Shown: positions 1 through 10,711, numbered from the stretch's first letter. The stretch is DNA of 64,000 nucleotides from Chitinophagales bacterium (GCA_031425835.1 JANPKD010000028.1:12551-76550); one strand, 5' to 3'. The notes: generated from the sequence alone by a model not told the origin. Numbers and translations: made by a program.

Positions 1-55
1 CAATAACCCCATCGTAATTTTTTTCTTCCAGACAACAAATCTCATGTTCGTAAAT

Positions 56-87
56 AAAAAGCTCCTCCGTGATGGAAGAGCTTTTTT
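56..87. terminator. Bidirectional intrinsic-terminator-like hairpin
   Basis: Stem GCTCCTCC / GGAAGAGC (61-68 / 74-81, one mismatch) with loop gtgat. It is flanked by A5 (56-60) and T6 (82-87) and lies 16 nt past the stop of the minus-strand gene ending at 103. Confidence 0.5.
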
Positions 88-102
88 ATGAGCAACCAAA
101 AA

Positions 103-1476
103 CTATTTCTGCGACCGGACAAATGTTTCCAAATCGGTTTTGTTCGATTGAGTAGGAAACAAGTCAACAAGGTTTATAAAATTATTGGTGTCGACTACCC
201 TTGCATAGGCGAGTTTGGCCAGTGCAAGTCTATCCACCTCGGTAGGCACTAACATCAACAACTGGCGTACCTGGTCGGTACTAAACAAATTACTTGCTGT
301 ATTGAATGCAACCCGAACCTCGTTCACTGTATTCTTCGTAAAAAAATGGCTGCGGGCCTGGTTGTAAATTTGGGCAAAAGCCGTGGCGGTCATTGCTGGT
401 TTCACCGCTGTAGTATTGGCAGCACCTCCATTACTTACAATAAAATTATTCAGTTCATCGCGGTTATACTGTACGGTGAACAACTCGGTCAACTGGTTAA
501 AATTCGCCACATCAACAGTATGTGTGTACCCCATTTTCACCAATGGCAGCCTGTCGTTTTCGGAACTTACCAGCCCAATCAATTGTTTTAACTGGGCCGT
601 GGTGAAATAATTATTGCTCTTGTTCAATGCATTTCTTACTTCTGTAATTTTTTCATCCTGGTAATACTTGTTTTGCACCGCCTGTATTAGTTGGTTGAAT
701 ACAGTTGTCGTCATTGCAGTGCCGGGGGCATAAGCCGTATTAGTTTCTATTGCACTTACAATGCCACCCTGCTCCACTACGTAATCATCCAAAAGATCCC
801 TACCAGCTTCACTTTTAATTACATCGTATAACGAGGTAAAATTTCCAGGGTCTGTAATCTTTTTGTAAGAAAGCTTCGCCAACTCAATTCTGCGGCTTTC
901 GGCGGTAACCAAAGTGATTAATTGTTTTGCCTGGCCGGTAGTAAAATAATTAGCGTTCGTGCGAAAGGCAGTGGTGATTAACGATATTTTTTCTGACTGG
1001 TATCTTTTAGCCTTTACTGTTTGCAACAGTTTATTAAATGTAACTGTGCTCATAGGCGTGCCATTTACACCTGATGTGGAAGGAACGGCAGCGGCAACCA
1101 CTGCTTTCTTTTCTGTGAAACTCACTAAGCCGTTCGGCCGGATACTTATATTCATATCAAACCCTTGCCGTAGCTGAAAAGTTTTGCTATAAATTTCTTC
1201 GCCTTCAACCGGGCGGTTTGTGCTGCCATTTACGTTTGCGGTGCTATTGTTCCCCATGTTGTAAACGGCTATAGAATGCGACCCCACATTAAGGTTTGAA
1301 ATAGTAACAACGTTACGACCATTGGTAGTCTGGGCATTGGCTGAATAATAACTGGCGCCATCAATAACCACCTGGAAGTTCCTGGTTTTATTCGCTCCTG
1401 CAAAGCTGAGCGTCACTTCCTGCGCCAAGAGCGATAGTGATAAAAAGCTGCATAAAAGCGTTACGATTGTTTTCAT
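103..1476 (-). CDS. Secreted protein with three tandem DUF4476-like repeats
   Basis: Signal peptide MKTIVTLLCSFLSLSLLAQ, so the start is moved to the ATG at 1476. There are three ~90-aa repeats of the pattern FnqLiq.v....y...ki..v..af..sn.FTt.Q.kQLi.LV..e..Rl.LaKl.Y..v.D..NF. Confidence 0.8.
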   Translation of the reverse strand: MKTIVTLLCSFLSLSLLAQEVTLSFAGANKTRNFQVVIDGASYYSANAQTTNGRNVVTISNLNVGSHSIAVYNMGNNSTANVNGSTNRPVEGEEIYSKTFQLRQGFDMNISIRPNGLVSFTEKKAVVAAAVPSTSGVNGTPMSTVTFNKLLQTVKAKRYQSEKISLITTAFRTNANYFTTGQAKQLITLVTAESRRIELAKLSYKKITDPGNFTSLYDVIKSEAGRDLLDDYVVEQGGIVSAIETNTAYAPGTAMTTTVFNQLIQAVQNKYYQDEKITEVRNALNKSNNYFTTAQLKQLIGLVSSENDRLPLVKMGYTHTVDVANFNQLTELFTVQYNRDELNNFIVSNGGAANTTAVKPAMTATAFAQIYNQARSHFFTKNTVNEVRVAFNTASNLFSTDQVRQLLMLVPTEVDRLALAKLAYARVVDTNNFINLVDLFPTQSNKTDLETFVRSQK

Positions 1477-1796
1477 AATAGTTTCCCTTTTTTGTAGTAG
1501 TAAGTACAAAAGCTATACCTGATACACGGGAAGGTTGTTTGACTCCGGTGGATATTAGTGCCAGTTAGGGGTTATTGCTTAGAAACAATGCGCCTGCTTG
1601 AGAGAAGGTAGAGAAGGAAACGAAATTGCGGTGGAGTTTTAAAGGCTTTGTTTGTCTTTTTCTCCCCCGGCTACGCACGTCAATCTCAACGCAAAAAATA
1701 GTACGCTATAACTGAATTGTTTTTGAGATGTTTTAAGATGAAATTATTAGTTTTAACCCCCACTGCTTTTTTAGTAATTATTCCGAAACTAACCAA

Positions 1797-4700
1797 ATGA
1801 AACCCTTTTTATTACTGCTGGCCATTGTTGCATCTGCCTGCTCTGTAGCCCAAATAAATCCTGCCTTAAAATCTTCCGTTACCAAATTCAGCACAAAAGA
1901 TGGAGACATATACGGCACGCACAAAACCTTTATACAAAACGTAGGGCAGTACGATGCTCTGTCAACAAACTATTCCACAGGCAAAGTTTTTTTTGGTTAC
2001 GAAGGGTTGGGTATGCCTGTATTATTTACGCCATCGGGCCTTGTGCATGTGCAGCGCAAACATATCCGTGCAACGCATAGCGAAGAAGAAAAGAAAGAGG
2101 GTGAAGAAGAAAAAGAAAGATCGACGGCCATTGAAAAAACAGTTACCATGCAATGGGTTGGTGCCAACCCATCGCCCGAAATAAAACACGAAACACAAAG
2201 CCCCCACCATTTCAGTTACGGCCTGCTACCAACAAAAGCAAACGGTTTTAAAAAAATTCTCTACAACAGTATTTATCCCGGCATCCACCTTCAATATTCA
2301 TTCAACGATCTGCACAAACCTGGTTTTGAATTTAGCATAACAGTACAACCGGGCACTGACATCAATCTTTTAAAATTCAATTATTCGGGCCAGGATAAAG
2401 TGCAACTCCAAAAGGATGAGCATGGAAATTTGCTCGTTCAGTCGTCTATTGAAACAATAATACTTTCAGCACCAAAGGCATTTTATGCCGGTGACGATTC
2501 AAAAACAGTTGCCGTTTCTTTTAAAATTAGTGGCAACGATGTGCAGTTTTATTTTCCGGAGGGTTACGACAAATCAAAAACATTAGTGATTGACCCTTTT
2601 GTTTCCAATACCGCTACACTTACGGGGACACATACCACCATAGCAAAAGATATTGACTTTGATTACGAAGGAAATATTTATGTGTGTGGAGGTGGTAATG
2701 TAAGTGTTTACATGCTGGCGAAATACAATGCCAGTGGTGTGTTACAGTGGACTTTTAACGGGGGGCCAATAACAATAACCGGTGCGCCAAGCTGGAGTTT
2801 TGGATTAAACTACGGAGGTTTTGTGGTTGATAAAACTTCGGGGAAAATCTATTTAAGCCAGGGCTGGAGTACCAATGGTGGCGTAAGAGTGGCACGCCTT
2901 TCAACCCTGGGTGTGTATGATAATTTTATAACTACGGCTAACCCTGTTTTTACTGAAGGTTGGCGGTTAATTTGGGATTGCAATAATGGAACCGCACGCA
3001 TGTTGGTTGCAGGTGGCGGATCTACATCTAATCTGGATTTTGGAATATTATCTCCGCCATCCGTTTCACTCACCACTCAAAATATTACAGGCTTAGGCAG
3101 CTTTAGCCAGGACATTGCCGATGCAGTTATTGACCCGCGCAGTCATGAACTATACACCATATTCGCAGCGGGCTATGTGCCACCAATAAATATGTACAAA
3201 CATGCTACTCCCTATACTGTGGTAAATAAATTATGGGAAAAAACTTCGGGCCTTCATACTGTTTTAAGAGAACGGAGTAACCGCCCTTACCTGAACGCTG
3301 GTGGCAACGACAATTCGATTAACGCACTGGCCTTAAGTTCAGCGTACCTGTTTTATTATGATGGCAAAAATTTAAAAGCTTTTGACAAAGCCACGGGCAA
3401 CACTGTTGGAGCTCCATTGACTATTGCTAACGATACACTGCTATACCAGGGAGGCATTATTGCCGATGAATGTGGAAACGTTTTTGTTGGAAGCAAAAAC
3501 GGCGTTATTAAAGTTTACAGTTTTGATGGCAACGATTTTAACGATGCTGCCGTGCCGGATATTAGCGTGGCGGGGTTTAATAATACTTACAACTCGGTGT
3601 ACGATTTGGCTTACGATGATGCCCGCAGAATTTTATATGCGTCAGGGCGGGGTTTTGTTGCGTCGTTTGATGTGGTGGGCTATTGTGCCCAGGCAACGTA
3701 CAACATCAACGTTGTAAAAAATTGCAACGCTCTTTCAGTAGCGGCTACACTTACGCCTGCTCCGCCCGCAGGCTCAACACTCATCTACTCCCTGTACAAT
3801 AACGGAGTTGAAATCAATAACAACACCACTGGTGCTTTTAGCAATTTGGTGTTGGGTACCATATACACCATTAAAGCCTTCGTTAATCAAAACTGTTCGG
3901 GTGTGCAAACCACCGCCGATTTTACAATGAGCGGCCCACAATTGAGCAAAGCCAGAACTGCATCATGTGGCAGCAATGGATCATTTACTATAACGCCATC
4001 TAATGGTACAGCACCATATAGTTATAGTATTGATGGCATTAGTTTCCAAACGGCTAATGTATTTTCAAATCTTACCCCGGCAACTTATACGGTAACCGTA
4101 AGGGATGCCTTAGGGTGTGTAAAAAATGATACGATAATTGTTACTACAGGTATCAACTGTGTATCGGCTACTGCGGTTGCGGTTGATGAAAAATGTGGTT
4201 TAGTAAATGGGAGTATAACGGTGACGGCGCTTAATGGAATGCCACCATACACCTACTCGATCAACGGCGGAAATTTTCAGAGCAATAATTTATTCAGCAA
4301 CCTAACAGGTGGCAACTATACCATTACTGTGAAGGATTCTACCAGGGGCACATACAATTTGGTGGCAACGGTAAATGTGGTGAACAGTAATAATCTAGCA
4401 CTTAACTACAGCGCAACAAACGCCAGTTGTTCAAATAACAACGGTTCCATTACCGCCAGCGGAACGGGAGGGGTCCCTCCGTTTCAATTTAGTTTGAATG
4501 GTGGTGTTTATCAAAACAGCGGGCAGTTTTTAAATTTAAATGCGGGTAATTTTATCCTTGCAATTAGGGATGCCAATGGCTGCATTTTTACCCAGCCCGC
4601 GGTGGTTGCATTAACCAACAACCTAACGGTAGATGCGGGTGCCGCAACCACTATTTGCGAAGGCACCACAACTGTTTTAAATGCAACGAGCAACGGCAAT

Positions 4701-5603
4701 AATTTTTTGTGGAGTAATGCAGCAACACTTACCAATGCAACTGCGCTACAAACTAATGGCCGGCCAACTGTTACTACAAACTATACTATCACCGCCCGGT
4801 GGGGACCATGTACGGCTATTGATTCGGTAACGATAACTGTGAATGCAGCACCCAAACCATTTGCGGCCGATACTTCAATTTGTTTTGGCCAGAGTACTTC
4901 GCTAAATGCCGGTGGTGGCAGTAGCTACACCTGGTCGCCGTCCACCTACTTAAATGACCCTACAATAAGCAACCCGCAGGTAATAAACCCGAGTGCTACC
5001 ATTGCCTATACACTCAACGCAATTGGTGCAAACAATTGCTCCTCCATACAACCTGCAATAGTGAGGGTGACCGTTACCTACCCCATCCGCATTTTTGCAG
5101 GAAATGATACAGTGGCCTTAGAGAACGAACCAATTCAATTAAAGGCTGTTGATTTTAACAACAACCCTGTTGTTAACTGGTCCTGGTCGCCATCGGTTGA
5201 TTTAAGCAATCCCTCTATTCCCAATCCCGTTTTTGCATCAGATAAAGACAAGAGTTATTTACTTACCGCTACCACACCTGCGGGCTGCAAAAGCCTCGAT
5301 AGCATAAACATCAAAGTGTACAAGTTTGCCGACATTTTTGTACCCACCGCATTCACTCCAAATGCAGATGGAAAAAACGATGTGTTGAAAGCATTGCCCG
5401 TGGGTATAAAAAAATTCAACCGCTTTTCGGTTTACAACCGTTGGGGGCAAAATATTTTTACTACCACCGATGAAAGAAAAGGCTGGAACGGCAAAATAAA
5501 TGGCGAGCTTCAGCCCACCGGGGTATATGTGTGGATTGCCAGTGCCGTTGATTTTAAAGGAGTGCCTTTAGAGAGAAAAGGAACGACGGTGCTGATGAGG
5601 TGA
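1797..5603 (+). CDS. Large secreted surface protein with SprB-type repeats and a T9SS type-B (gliding-motility-associated) C-terminal sorting domain
   Basis: N-terminal signal peptide. Repeated C..NGS.T....GG..PY.YS..G..FQ..N.F.NL..G.Y...V.D..GC modules. C-terminus reads FVPTAFTPNADGKNDVLK...YNRWGQNIF...GWNGK..G...PTGVYVW. Confidence 0.85.
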   Translation: MKPFLLLLAIVASACSVAQINPALKSSVTKFSTKDGDIYGTHKTFIQNVGQYDALSTNYSTGKVFFGYEGLGMPVLFTPSGLVHVQRKHIRATHSEEEKKEGEEEKERSTAIEKTVTMQWVGANPSPEIKHETQSPHHFSYGLLPTKANGFKKILYNSIYPGIHLQYSFNDLHKPGFEFSITVQPGTDINLLKFNYSGQDKVQLQKDEHGNLLVQSSIETIILSAPKAFYAGDDSKTVAVSFKISGNDVQFYFPEGYDKSKTLVIDPFVSNTATLTGTHTTIAKDIDFDYEGNIYVCGGGNVSVYMLAKYNASGVLQWTFNGGPITITGAPSWSFGLNYGGFVVDKTSGKIYLSQGWSTNGGVRVARLSTLGVYDNFITTANPVFTEGWRLIWDCNNGTARMLVAGGGSTSNLDFGILSPPSVSLTTQNITGLGSFSQDIADAVIDPRSHELYTIFAAGYVPPINMYKHATPYTVVNKLWEKTSGLHTVLRERSNRPYLNAGGNDNSINALALSSAYLFYYDGKNLKAFDKATGNTVGAPLTIANDTLLYQGGIIADECGNVFVGSKNGVIKVYSFDGNDFNDAAVPDISVAGFNNTYNSVYDLAYDDARRILYASGRGFVASFDVVGYCAQATYNINVVKNCNALSVAATLTPAPPAGSTLIYSLYNNGVEINNNTTGAFSNLVLGTIYTIKAFVNQNCSGVQTTADFTMSGPQLSKARTASCGSNGSFTITPSNGTAPYSYSIDGISFQTANVFSNLTPATYTVTVRDALGCVKNDTIIVTTGINCVSATAVAVDEKCGLVNGSITVTALNGMPPYTYSINGGNFQSNNLFSNLTGGNYTITVKDSTRGTYNLVATVNVVNSNNLALNYSATNASCSNNNGSITASGTGGVPPFQFSLNGGVYQNSGQFLNLNAGNFILAIRDANGCIFTQPAVVALTNNLTVDAGAATTICEGTTTVLNATSNGNNFLWSNAATLTNATALQTNGRPTVTTNYTITARWGPCTAIDSVTITVNAAPKPFAADTSICFGQSTSLNAGGGSSYTWSPSTYLNDPTISNPQVINPSATIAYTLNAIGANNCSSIQPAIVRVTVTYPIRIFAGNDTVALENEPIQLKAVDFNNNPVVNWSWSPSVDLSNPSIPNPVFASDKDKSYLLTATTPAGCKSLDSINIKVYKFADIFVPTAFTPNADGKNDVLKALPVGIKKFNRFSVYNRWGQNIFTTTDERKGWNGKINGELQPTGVYVWIASAVDFKGVPLERKGTTVLMR

Positions 5604-5738
5604 TTTTTTTCTGGCGGGAGTTGATAAAAGGTTTGTAGAAACGCAGGAACAGCCGGGTTGATTTTAGAAGCCTACCCAATATATCCCAGGTTCCAATGTT
5701 GGCTCAGTTTATACCAGAAGCGGAGAAGCAAAATTTCT

Positions 5739-6953
5739 CTACAGAACCTCCACCACATTCCGCAGCAAATCATCAAACACATCCCGCTTGCGAATGAGCA
5801 ACGCCCCGCCATCTTTAACCAAAACTTCGGCGGGCTTAAACCGCGAATTATAGTGTGAGGACATTTCAAAACCATAAGCCCCTGCGTTATGGATAGCCAG
5901 CAAATCGCCTTCTCTTATTTCGTGCAGCAGGCGGTCGGTGGCAAACGTATCTGTTTCGCAGATGTAGCCGGTAACGGTATAAACTTTTTCTCTTGCCCCA
6001 GTGTTGGTAATGTTGGCAATGTGGTGATAGGCATCGTACATCATTGGGCGTATTAAATGATTCAAACCCGAATCAATGCCTGCAATTGTTTGTGCACCAT
6101 TATCCTTTAGCACATTCACCTTTGTAATTAAATATCCTGCTTCGCTTACCAGGTATTTGCCTGGTTCAAACCATAACTCGTATTGTTTTTCACCAGCGGG
6201 CATATGTTTTTCTAAATAAGTTTTTAGCTTTTTGGCAATGTGGGCAATATCAGTTTCTTCATCCTCGGGTTCGTAGGGAACTTTAAATCCACCGCCCAAA
6301 TCAATGACGGTAACTTCCGGAAACTGCGTTACAATTTCGGCCAGCACTTTTATGCCATGCACAAAAACATCGGCGTCTTTTATGTCGCTGCCGGTATGTA
6401 TGTGGAGGGTTTGAATTTTAATGTTGTGTTGCGCCACCGTGTCCGCTAATTGCTGCAGTTGCTCTATAGGAATACCAAACTTGCTGCGCTCATGCCCTGT
6501 TGAAATTTTAAGGTTACCACCCGCCAAAATGTTTGGCCTCAACCGCACACCAACGGGATAACTGCTGCCAAATCTTTCGCCAAATTTTTTCAGGTTGCTC
6601 AGGCTGTCAATATTTACATGTACGCCACTTTCCACCGCTTCGGCAATTTCGTCAAATGCAATTCCGTTTGAAGTGTATAAAATATTTTGCGGCGCCACGC
6701 CGGCATGTAGGGCGAGCTTTACTTCGTTGATGCTGCTACAGTCAATGCCGCAGCCAAGGCTGTGTATGTACTTTAAAATGTTTGTGTTGGTCAATGCTTT
6801 ACAGGCATAAAAAAAACGGGCATGGCACCCCGAAAAACCATTGGTAAGTTTTTGATATTGTTCTTTTATTTTCTCCGCGTGGTATACATACAGTGGCGTA
6901 CCAAACTGGCTGGCAATATCAACTAATTGTGCAGGCTGTAAACTTGATGGCAT
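5739..6953 (-). CDS. lysA: Diaminopimelate decarboxylase (PLP-dependent Orn/DAP/Arg decarboxylase fold)
   Basis: 404 aa. Contains GTPLYVY, FYACKA (PLP lysine region), HIHTGS, GGGF and a C-terminal beta-barrel region typical of LysA. Confidence 0.8.
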   Translation of the reverse strand: MPSSLQPAQLVDIASQFGTPLYVYHAEKIKEQYQKLTNGFSGCHARFFYACKALTNTNILKYIHSLGCGIDCSSINEVKLALHAGVAPQNILYTSNGIAFDEIAEAVESGVHVNIDSLSNLKKFGERFGSSYPVGVRLRPNILAGGNLKISTGHERSKFGIPIEQLQQLADTVAQHNIKIQTLHIHTGSDIKDADVFVHGIKVLAEIVTQFPEVTVIDLGGGFKVPYEPEDEETDIAHIAKKLKTYLEKHMPAGEKQYELWFEPGKYLVSEAGYLITKVNVLKDNGAQTIAGIDSGLNHLIRPMMYDAYHHIANITNTGAREKVYTVTGYICETDTFATDRLLHEIREGDLLAIHNAGAYGFEMSSHYNSRFKPAEVLVKDGGALLIRKRDVFDDLLRNVVEVL

Positions 6954-7006
6954 TGTGGAAGGCGTAATGTAAAAAAATGAATGGAAGCGGAAGTTATGGT
7001 AAAGAA

Positions 7007-7945
7007 TTATTTTTTGACATCACTATCGGGTGAGGCCCCATCCTCTTCGTTGCGCTCTTCATCTATTTTAATGTTATCACCGGCATCGTTATCTTCTGAG
7101 AAATTATTTTCCTCTCCGTCTTCCTCAAGTAATTCTTTTGTCTCTTCAACCTGATCGCCTTCTATAAAAATTTCATCAGAGATAAATTCTTCAGTGGCTT
7201 CCTCCGCCGTTTCATCCTGTCTTATTTCCTCTTCATCCAAACCCAGGTCGTGACCATTAAGATGGGGTTCTTTTTCCAGCGGTGCAGGCTCGTCTTTATC
7301 AAGCGACAAAATTAACTCGCCGGTTTCGGCAACAGCCAATAGGTCGCTTTCGTCAAACTCCGTGTGTTGCACCACCGTTGGCTCAATCATTGTATTTGCC
7401 AGCACTTCTTTTATTTTGGGTAAATCATCGGCACTGTTAATACCAAAATAATCCATGAAGTTTTTTGAGGTGGCGTATATCAAAGGATGACCCGGTAATT
7501 TTTCGTTTCGCCCGGTTATTACAATTAGTTCTTTCTCCAGCAACTTTTGCATAGCGTAATCGGTGCTTACACCTCTGATCGATTCAATTTCGCCTTTTGT
7601 AACCGGTTGTTTGTAAGCCACGATGGCGAGTGTTTCCAATGCCGCGGCGGAAAGGCGTTTCAAAAATTTTTCGCCATTAAGCTGGGCCACTGTTTTGTGA
7701 AATTCTTTTTTGGTAAGAAACTGCCAGCCACCGCCAATGTGCCGTACTTCAAATGGATAAAATTCAGAGTCGTATTTTTCAACAATGCCTTCAAGCGCAG
7801 CTTCAATTTGCGCCACTTCAATTTTATCTTCCATAAAACCAAAAGCACTGTTCACCAGCTCCGTAATTTCCGTAGGTGCAAGTGGTTTATCACTGGCAAA
7901 AATCAGCGATTCTATATGCGGTATTAAATCAGTCAATGGAGTCAT
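7007..7945 (-). CDS. scpB: Segregation and condensation protein B with a long acidic C-terminal tail
   Basis: IESLIFASDKPL...AALETLAIVAYKQPVTKGEIESIRGV... is the ScpB winged-helix pair. The last ~110 aa are strongly D/E-rich. Confidence 0.85.
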   Translation of the reverse strand: MTPLTDLIPHIESLIFASDKPLAPTEITELVNSAFGFMEDKIEVAQIEAALEGIVEKYDSEFYPFEVRHIGGGWQFLTKKEFHKTVAQLNGEKFLKRLSAAALETLAIVAYKQPVTKGEIESIRGVSTDYAMQKLLEKELIVITGRNEKLPGHPLIYATSKNFMDYFGINSADDLPKIKEVLANTMIEPTVVQHTEFDESDLLAVAETGELILSLDKDEPAPLEKEPHLNGHDLGLDEEEIRQDETAEEATEEFISDEIFIEGDQVEETKELLEEDGEENNFSEDNDAGDNIKIDEERNEEDGASPDSDVKK

Positions 7946-7995
7946 AAATGCTCAAATGAGTCAGTTGTGTCAGAGATTATAAAAGTTTTATTGAA

Positions 7996-8373
7996 TTAAG
8001 AATCATCTTTGGTGGTGCCAATGGATTTAATATAGGCATAGCTAAGCTTGAAATACAAATTCAATTTATCGGAGATGAAAGCATATTGTTCAGCAGTAAT
8101 CAAATTACGATTAACGGCTTTTTGTAGGGCGGTAAATGTTTCCTTGGCAGAGCCCCTACTATAATAACAAAAGTTCCTGTTTTCTTTGTAGAAGAATCTT
8201 CCATAACCTTCGCTCACATTCAAAGCAATAGAATCAGCCGATCGCACAATTTGTTTGCCCAATGTATCCTTATCAAAATAATTCCAACCTGAAACCATCT
8301 CATAAACAAGCTCACCAATTTCCATTGAAACTTTATAAATCTCCAATTCTTCCAACTTAATGTTCATCTTCAA
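7996..8373 (-). CDS. Four-helix-bundle protein (23S rRNA intervening-sequence protein / TIGR02436-like family)
   Basis: 125 aa with LEIYKVSMEIGELVY...IVRSADSIALNVSEGYGR...Y.SRGSAKETFTALQKA, characteristic of this family. Confidence 0.8.
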   Translation of the reverse strand: MKMNIKLEELEIYKVSMEIGELVYEMVSGWNYFDKDTLGKQIVRSADSIALNVSEGYGRFFYKENRNFCYYSRGSAKETFTALQKAVNRNLITAEQYAFISDKLNLYFKLSYAYIKSIGTTKDDS

Positions 8374-8439
8374 ATATTAGACAGGTGATATCATTAAACC
8401 CTCTTAACCCATTTGACTTCCTTGACCCATTTGACTCCC

Positions 8440-9321
8440 TTACCCCTGCAAAGCCGCCGCACCACTTACTATTTCGGTAAGCTCTGTGGTAATGGCCGCC
8501 TGCCTTGCACGGTTGTAACTAATTTTCAAACTGCGCAGTAATTCATTGGCGTTTTCGCTGGCTTTGTCCATGGCCGTCATGCGTGCCCCATGTTCCGATG
8601 CGTTGGCATCCAACACAGCCTTAAACAACTGCGTGTTTAAAATTTTGGGCATTAATTCGGCAATCAATTCTTCTTTATTCGGATCAAAAATAAAATCGGC
8701 TTTTACTTTCGAGCCTTCCGTTTTTGTTTTTGCTATGGGCAAAAAACGCTCCGACACAAAACGCTGGGTTGCGGCATTTTTAAACTCGCTGTACACCACT
8801 TCAACCGCATCGAACTCCTTATTGGTGTATGCCTGCACGGCAGCCTGGGCTGCAGCCTGCACTCCTTCAAAAGAAAGTTTCAGAAAAATATCCTTAAAGG
8901 CATCCGACACTTTAAAATTTGTTTTTGCAAAATGTTCGTATCCTTTTTTACCAATGTTCCAAACGGTAACATTGCCCTTTTCACGCTGAGCTGAATATTT
9001 TTCGGCAACAATTTGTTTGGCCAATTTAATAACGTTGGCGTTGTAAGCACCGGCCAGGCCACGATCGGATGTAATAACAATGAGTAATACTTTTTCTATC
9101 GGCCGCTCCACGGCAAGTGTGTTGCCCCCTTCGGCCTGCGTATTGCTCACAATATTGCTCAGCATTTCCTGCAGCTTGTTGGCATAGGGCCGCATTTGAA
9201 TAATGGCATCCTGCGCACGACGCAATTTGGCGGCACTCACCATCTTCATGGCTTTTGTGATTTGCTGTGTGCTTTGCACCGACTTAATGCGGTTACGTAC
9301 TTCTTTTAATTGGCCTGCCAT
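8440..9321 (-). CDS. atpG: F0F1 ATP synthase subunit gamma
   Basis: MAGQLKEVRNRIKSVQSTQQITKAMKMVSAAKLRRAQ at the N-terminus and ARQAAITTELTEIVSGAAAL at the C-terminus. Confidence 0.95.
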   Translation of the reverse strand: MAGQLKEVRNRIKSVQSTQQITKAMKMVSAAKLRRAQDAIIQMRPYANKLQEMLSNIVSNTQAEGGNTLAVERPIEKVLLIVITSDRGLAGAYNANVIKLAKQIVAEKYSAQREKGNVTVWNIGKKGYEHFAKTNFKVSDAFKDIFLKLSFEGVQAAAQAAVQAYTNKEFDAVEVVYSEFKNAATQRFVSERFLPIAKTKTEGSKVKADFIFDPNKEELIAELMPKILNTQLFKAVLDANASEHGARMTAMDKASENANELLRSLKISYNRARQAAITTELTEIVSGAAALQG

Positions 9322-9753
9322 TTATAAAGTTTAAAGTTTTAAGTTCAAAGTTCGGGTAATGATACTCCCCCGTTTGTTATAGCCACAAGATTGAAATGGG
9401 TAATCTCTATCACTACGCTTTCTCACATCATTAATAGCCCCTGCAAGGTTCACTCATGAGTATTGCTAAAACTCATTACCCCCTACTTACGCAAGCATGT
9501 CGCTTCAGCTACTTTCATTCCCCTATCCTATTTCGCGGGGTGGCATCTACACCATACCCTGCCGTTTCGGCCCGCAAAAGTAAGGTAGCGGGGCTGAAAT
9601 TCCATCGCCAAAAAAGCGCTTGAAAATTTGTAAACACCTACCTCTGAGCGGGATTAATTTATCAAGGTTAAGAAGAAGTAAGCCTCTACCTGGCAGAAGC
9701 CGGTTAGGTACATACTCAGTCATTGTGCTTTGTCGCCATTACAATGCCTGGCC

Positions 9754-10443
9754 TCAGTCAACCAATAAAAATTCTCTTTTCAAGCTATAGCTTGTAAAAA
9801 GCCGGCCCTTTAAGCCCTTTTTTAAAGGCAGGGTTTTTTCGTGCAGCAACTCTAAATGAACCGGCCCATTTTTTAAGTTGAGCAATACCTCGCTGCTTAT
9901 AGCAACTACTCCATTTTGTACTGGCGCCAATTCGTTTACGTCAGCATTTAAGAAGGCTGTATCAGTCAACAAAACTCTTATAGAATCGTTGCCTGGAAAA
10001 ACAGGCTGCAACCGAATAGAAAAACTTTTTCTGCTGATACTTTCAGGCAATTTGTTGCCAATGGTAAATGGCTGAAGGGAAAATGATTCCTCGTAGGTCA
10101 TCTTACCATCGTGGTAAGTAATTTTATTTTCTGTTGCTGTGGAATCGGCAACCAACGCAGCCTCGTAGAACACCCCGGCGTATTTGCTGCTGTCAGCAGT
10201 TAATTTCTGGCCGTTTAAACTAACAAATGCCGGCGCCACCAAACCCACCGGGGCAGCCTCTACCCCACCGGGCTTAAATTGAAACAAGCAGTTTACATAC
10301 TTGTTTCCTTCCTCACCTTTTATTTTAAAATCGGCATAAACCGCAGCCGATTTTTTTACAGGTGGCTTTTTATTATTACCCGTACACCCTGCTAAAGAAA
10401 CAAGAAGCGGTATGGCAAAAAGATAAATCGACGTCTTCAGCAT
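9754..10443 (-). CDS. Lipoprotein of unknown function
   Basis: Signal peptide with lipobox LVSLAGC. I recognise no other family features. Confidence 0.6.
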   Translation of the reverse strand: MLKTSIYLFAIPLLVSLAGCTGNNKKPPVKKSAAVYADFKIKGEEGNKYVNCLFQFKPGGVEAAPVGLVAPAFVSLNGQKLTADSSKYAGVFYEAALVADSTATENKITYHDGKMTYEESFSLQPFTIGNKLPESISRKSFSIRLQPVFPGNDSIRVLLTDTAFLNADVNELAPVQNGVVAISSEVLLNLKNGPVHLELLHEKTLPLKKGLKGRLFTSYSLKREFLLVD

Positions 10444-10711
10444 TAAAAAAAATGTTTTACAAGGTGATTCGTTTTATTCATAAAAACCGTTCCCCGTGCG
10501 ATAACCCAATTATACCGGCGGCAAATTAATTTATCTTTGGCGCCTCTGTCAAATTGGCTTCTGAACTATATTAGCACCCTTTTTGACTTTGAAAAAAGCA
10601 GGAAATTAAAAATGACAATACGAACGACAAGACAATTGTCTCCGCTTGGCGCTTTAACCTCTCCTTCTTTCGAAACTCTTTTTTTTTAATTAAGAATCTA
10701 CAATAAAAAAT

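Noticed and set aside
7996-8373. The four-helix-bundle gene could be the Avd-like accessory protein of a diversity-generating retroelement.
   Set aside because: No reverse transcriptase, template or variable repeat pair lies nearby, and no C-type-lectin target lies within reach. Stand-alone copies of this family are common in Bacteroidota.
9322-9753. I tested the atpG upstream spacer by eye for tmRNA, RNase P RNA and a cobalamin riboswitch.
   Set aside because: GGGGCTGAAATTCC superficially resembles a tmRNA 5-prime end, but there is no T-arm (GGTTCGA..TCC) or CCA-proximal acceptor. No GAGGAAAGTCC RNase P core is present on either strand, and there is no B12 box. I kept the region only as an unexplained structured region.
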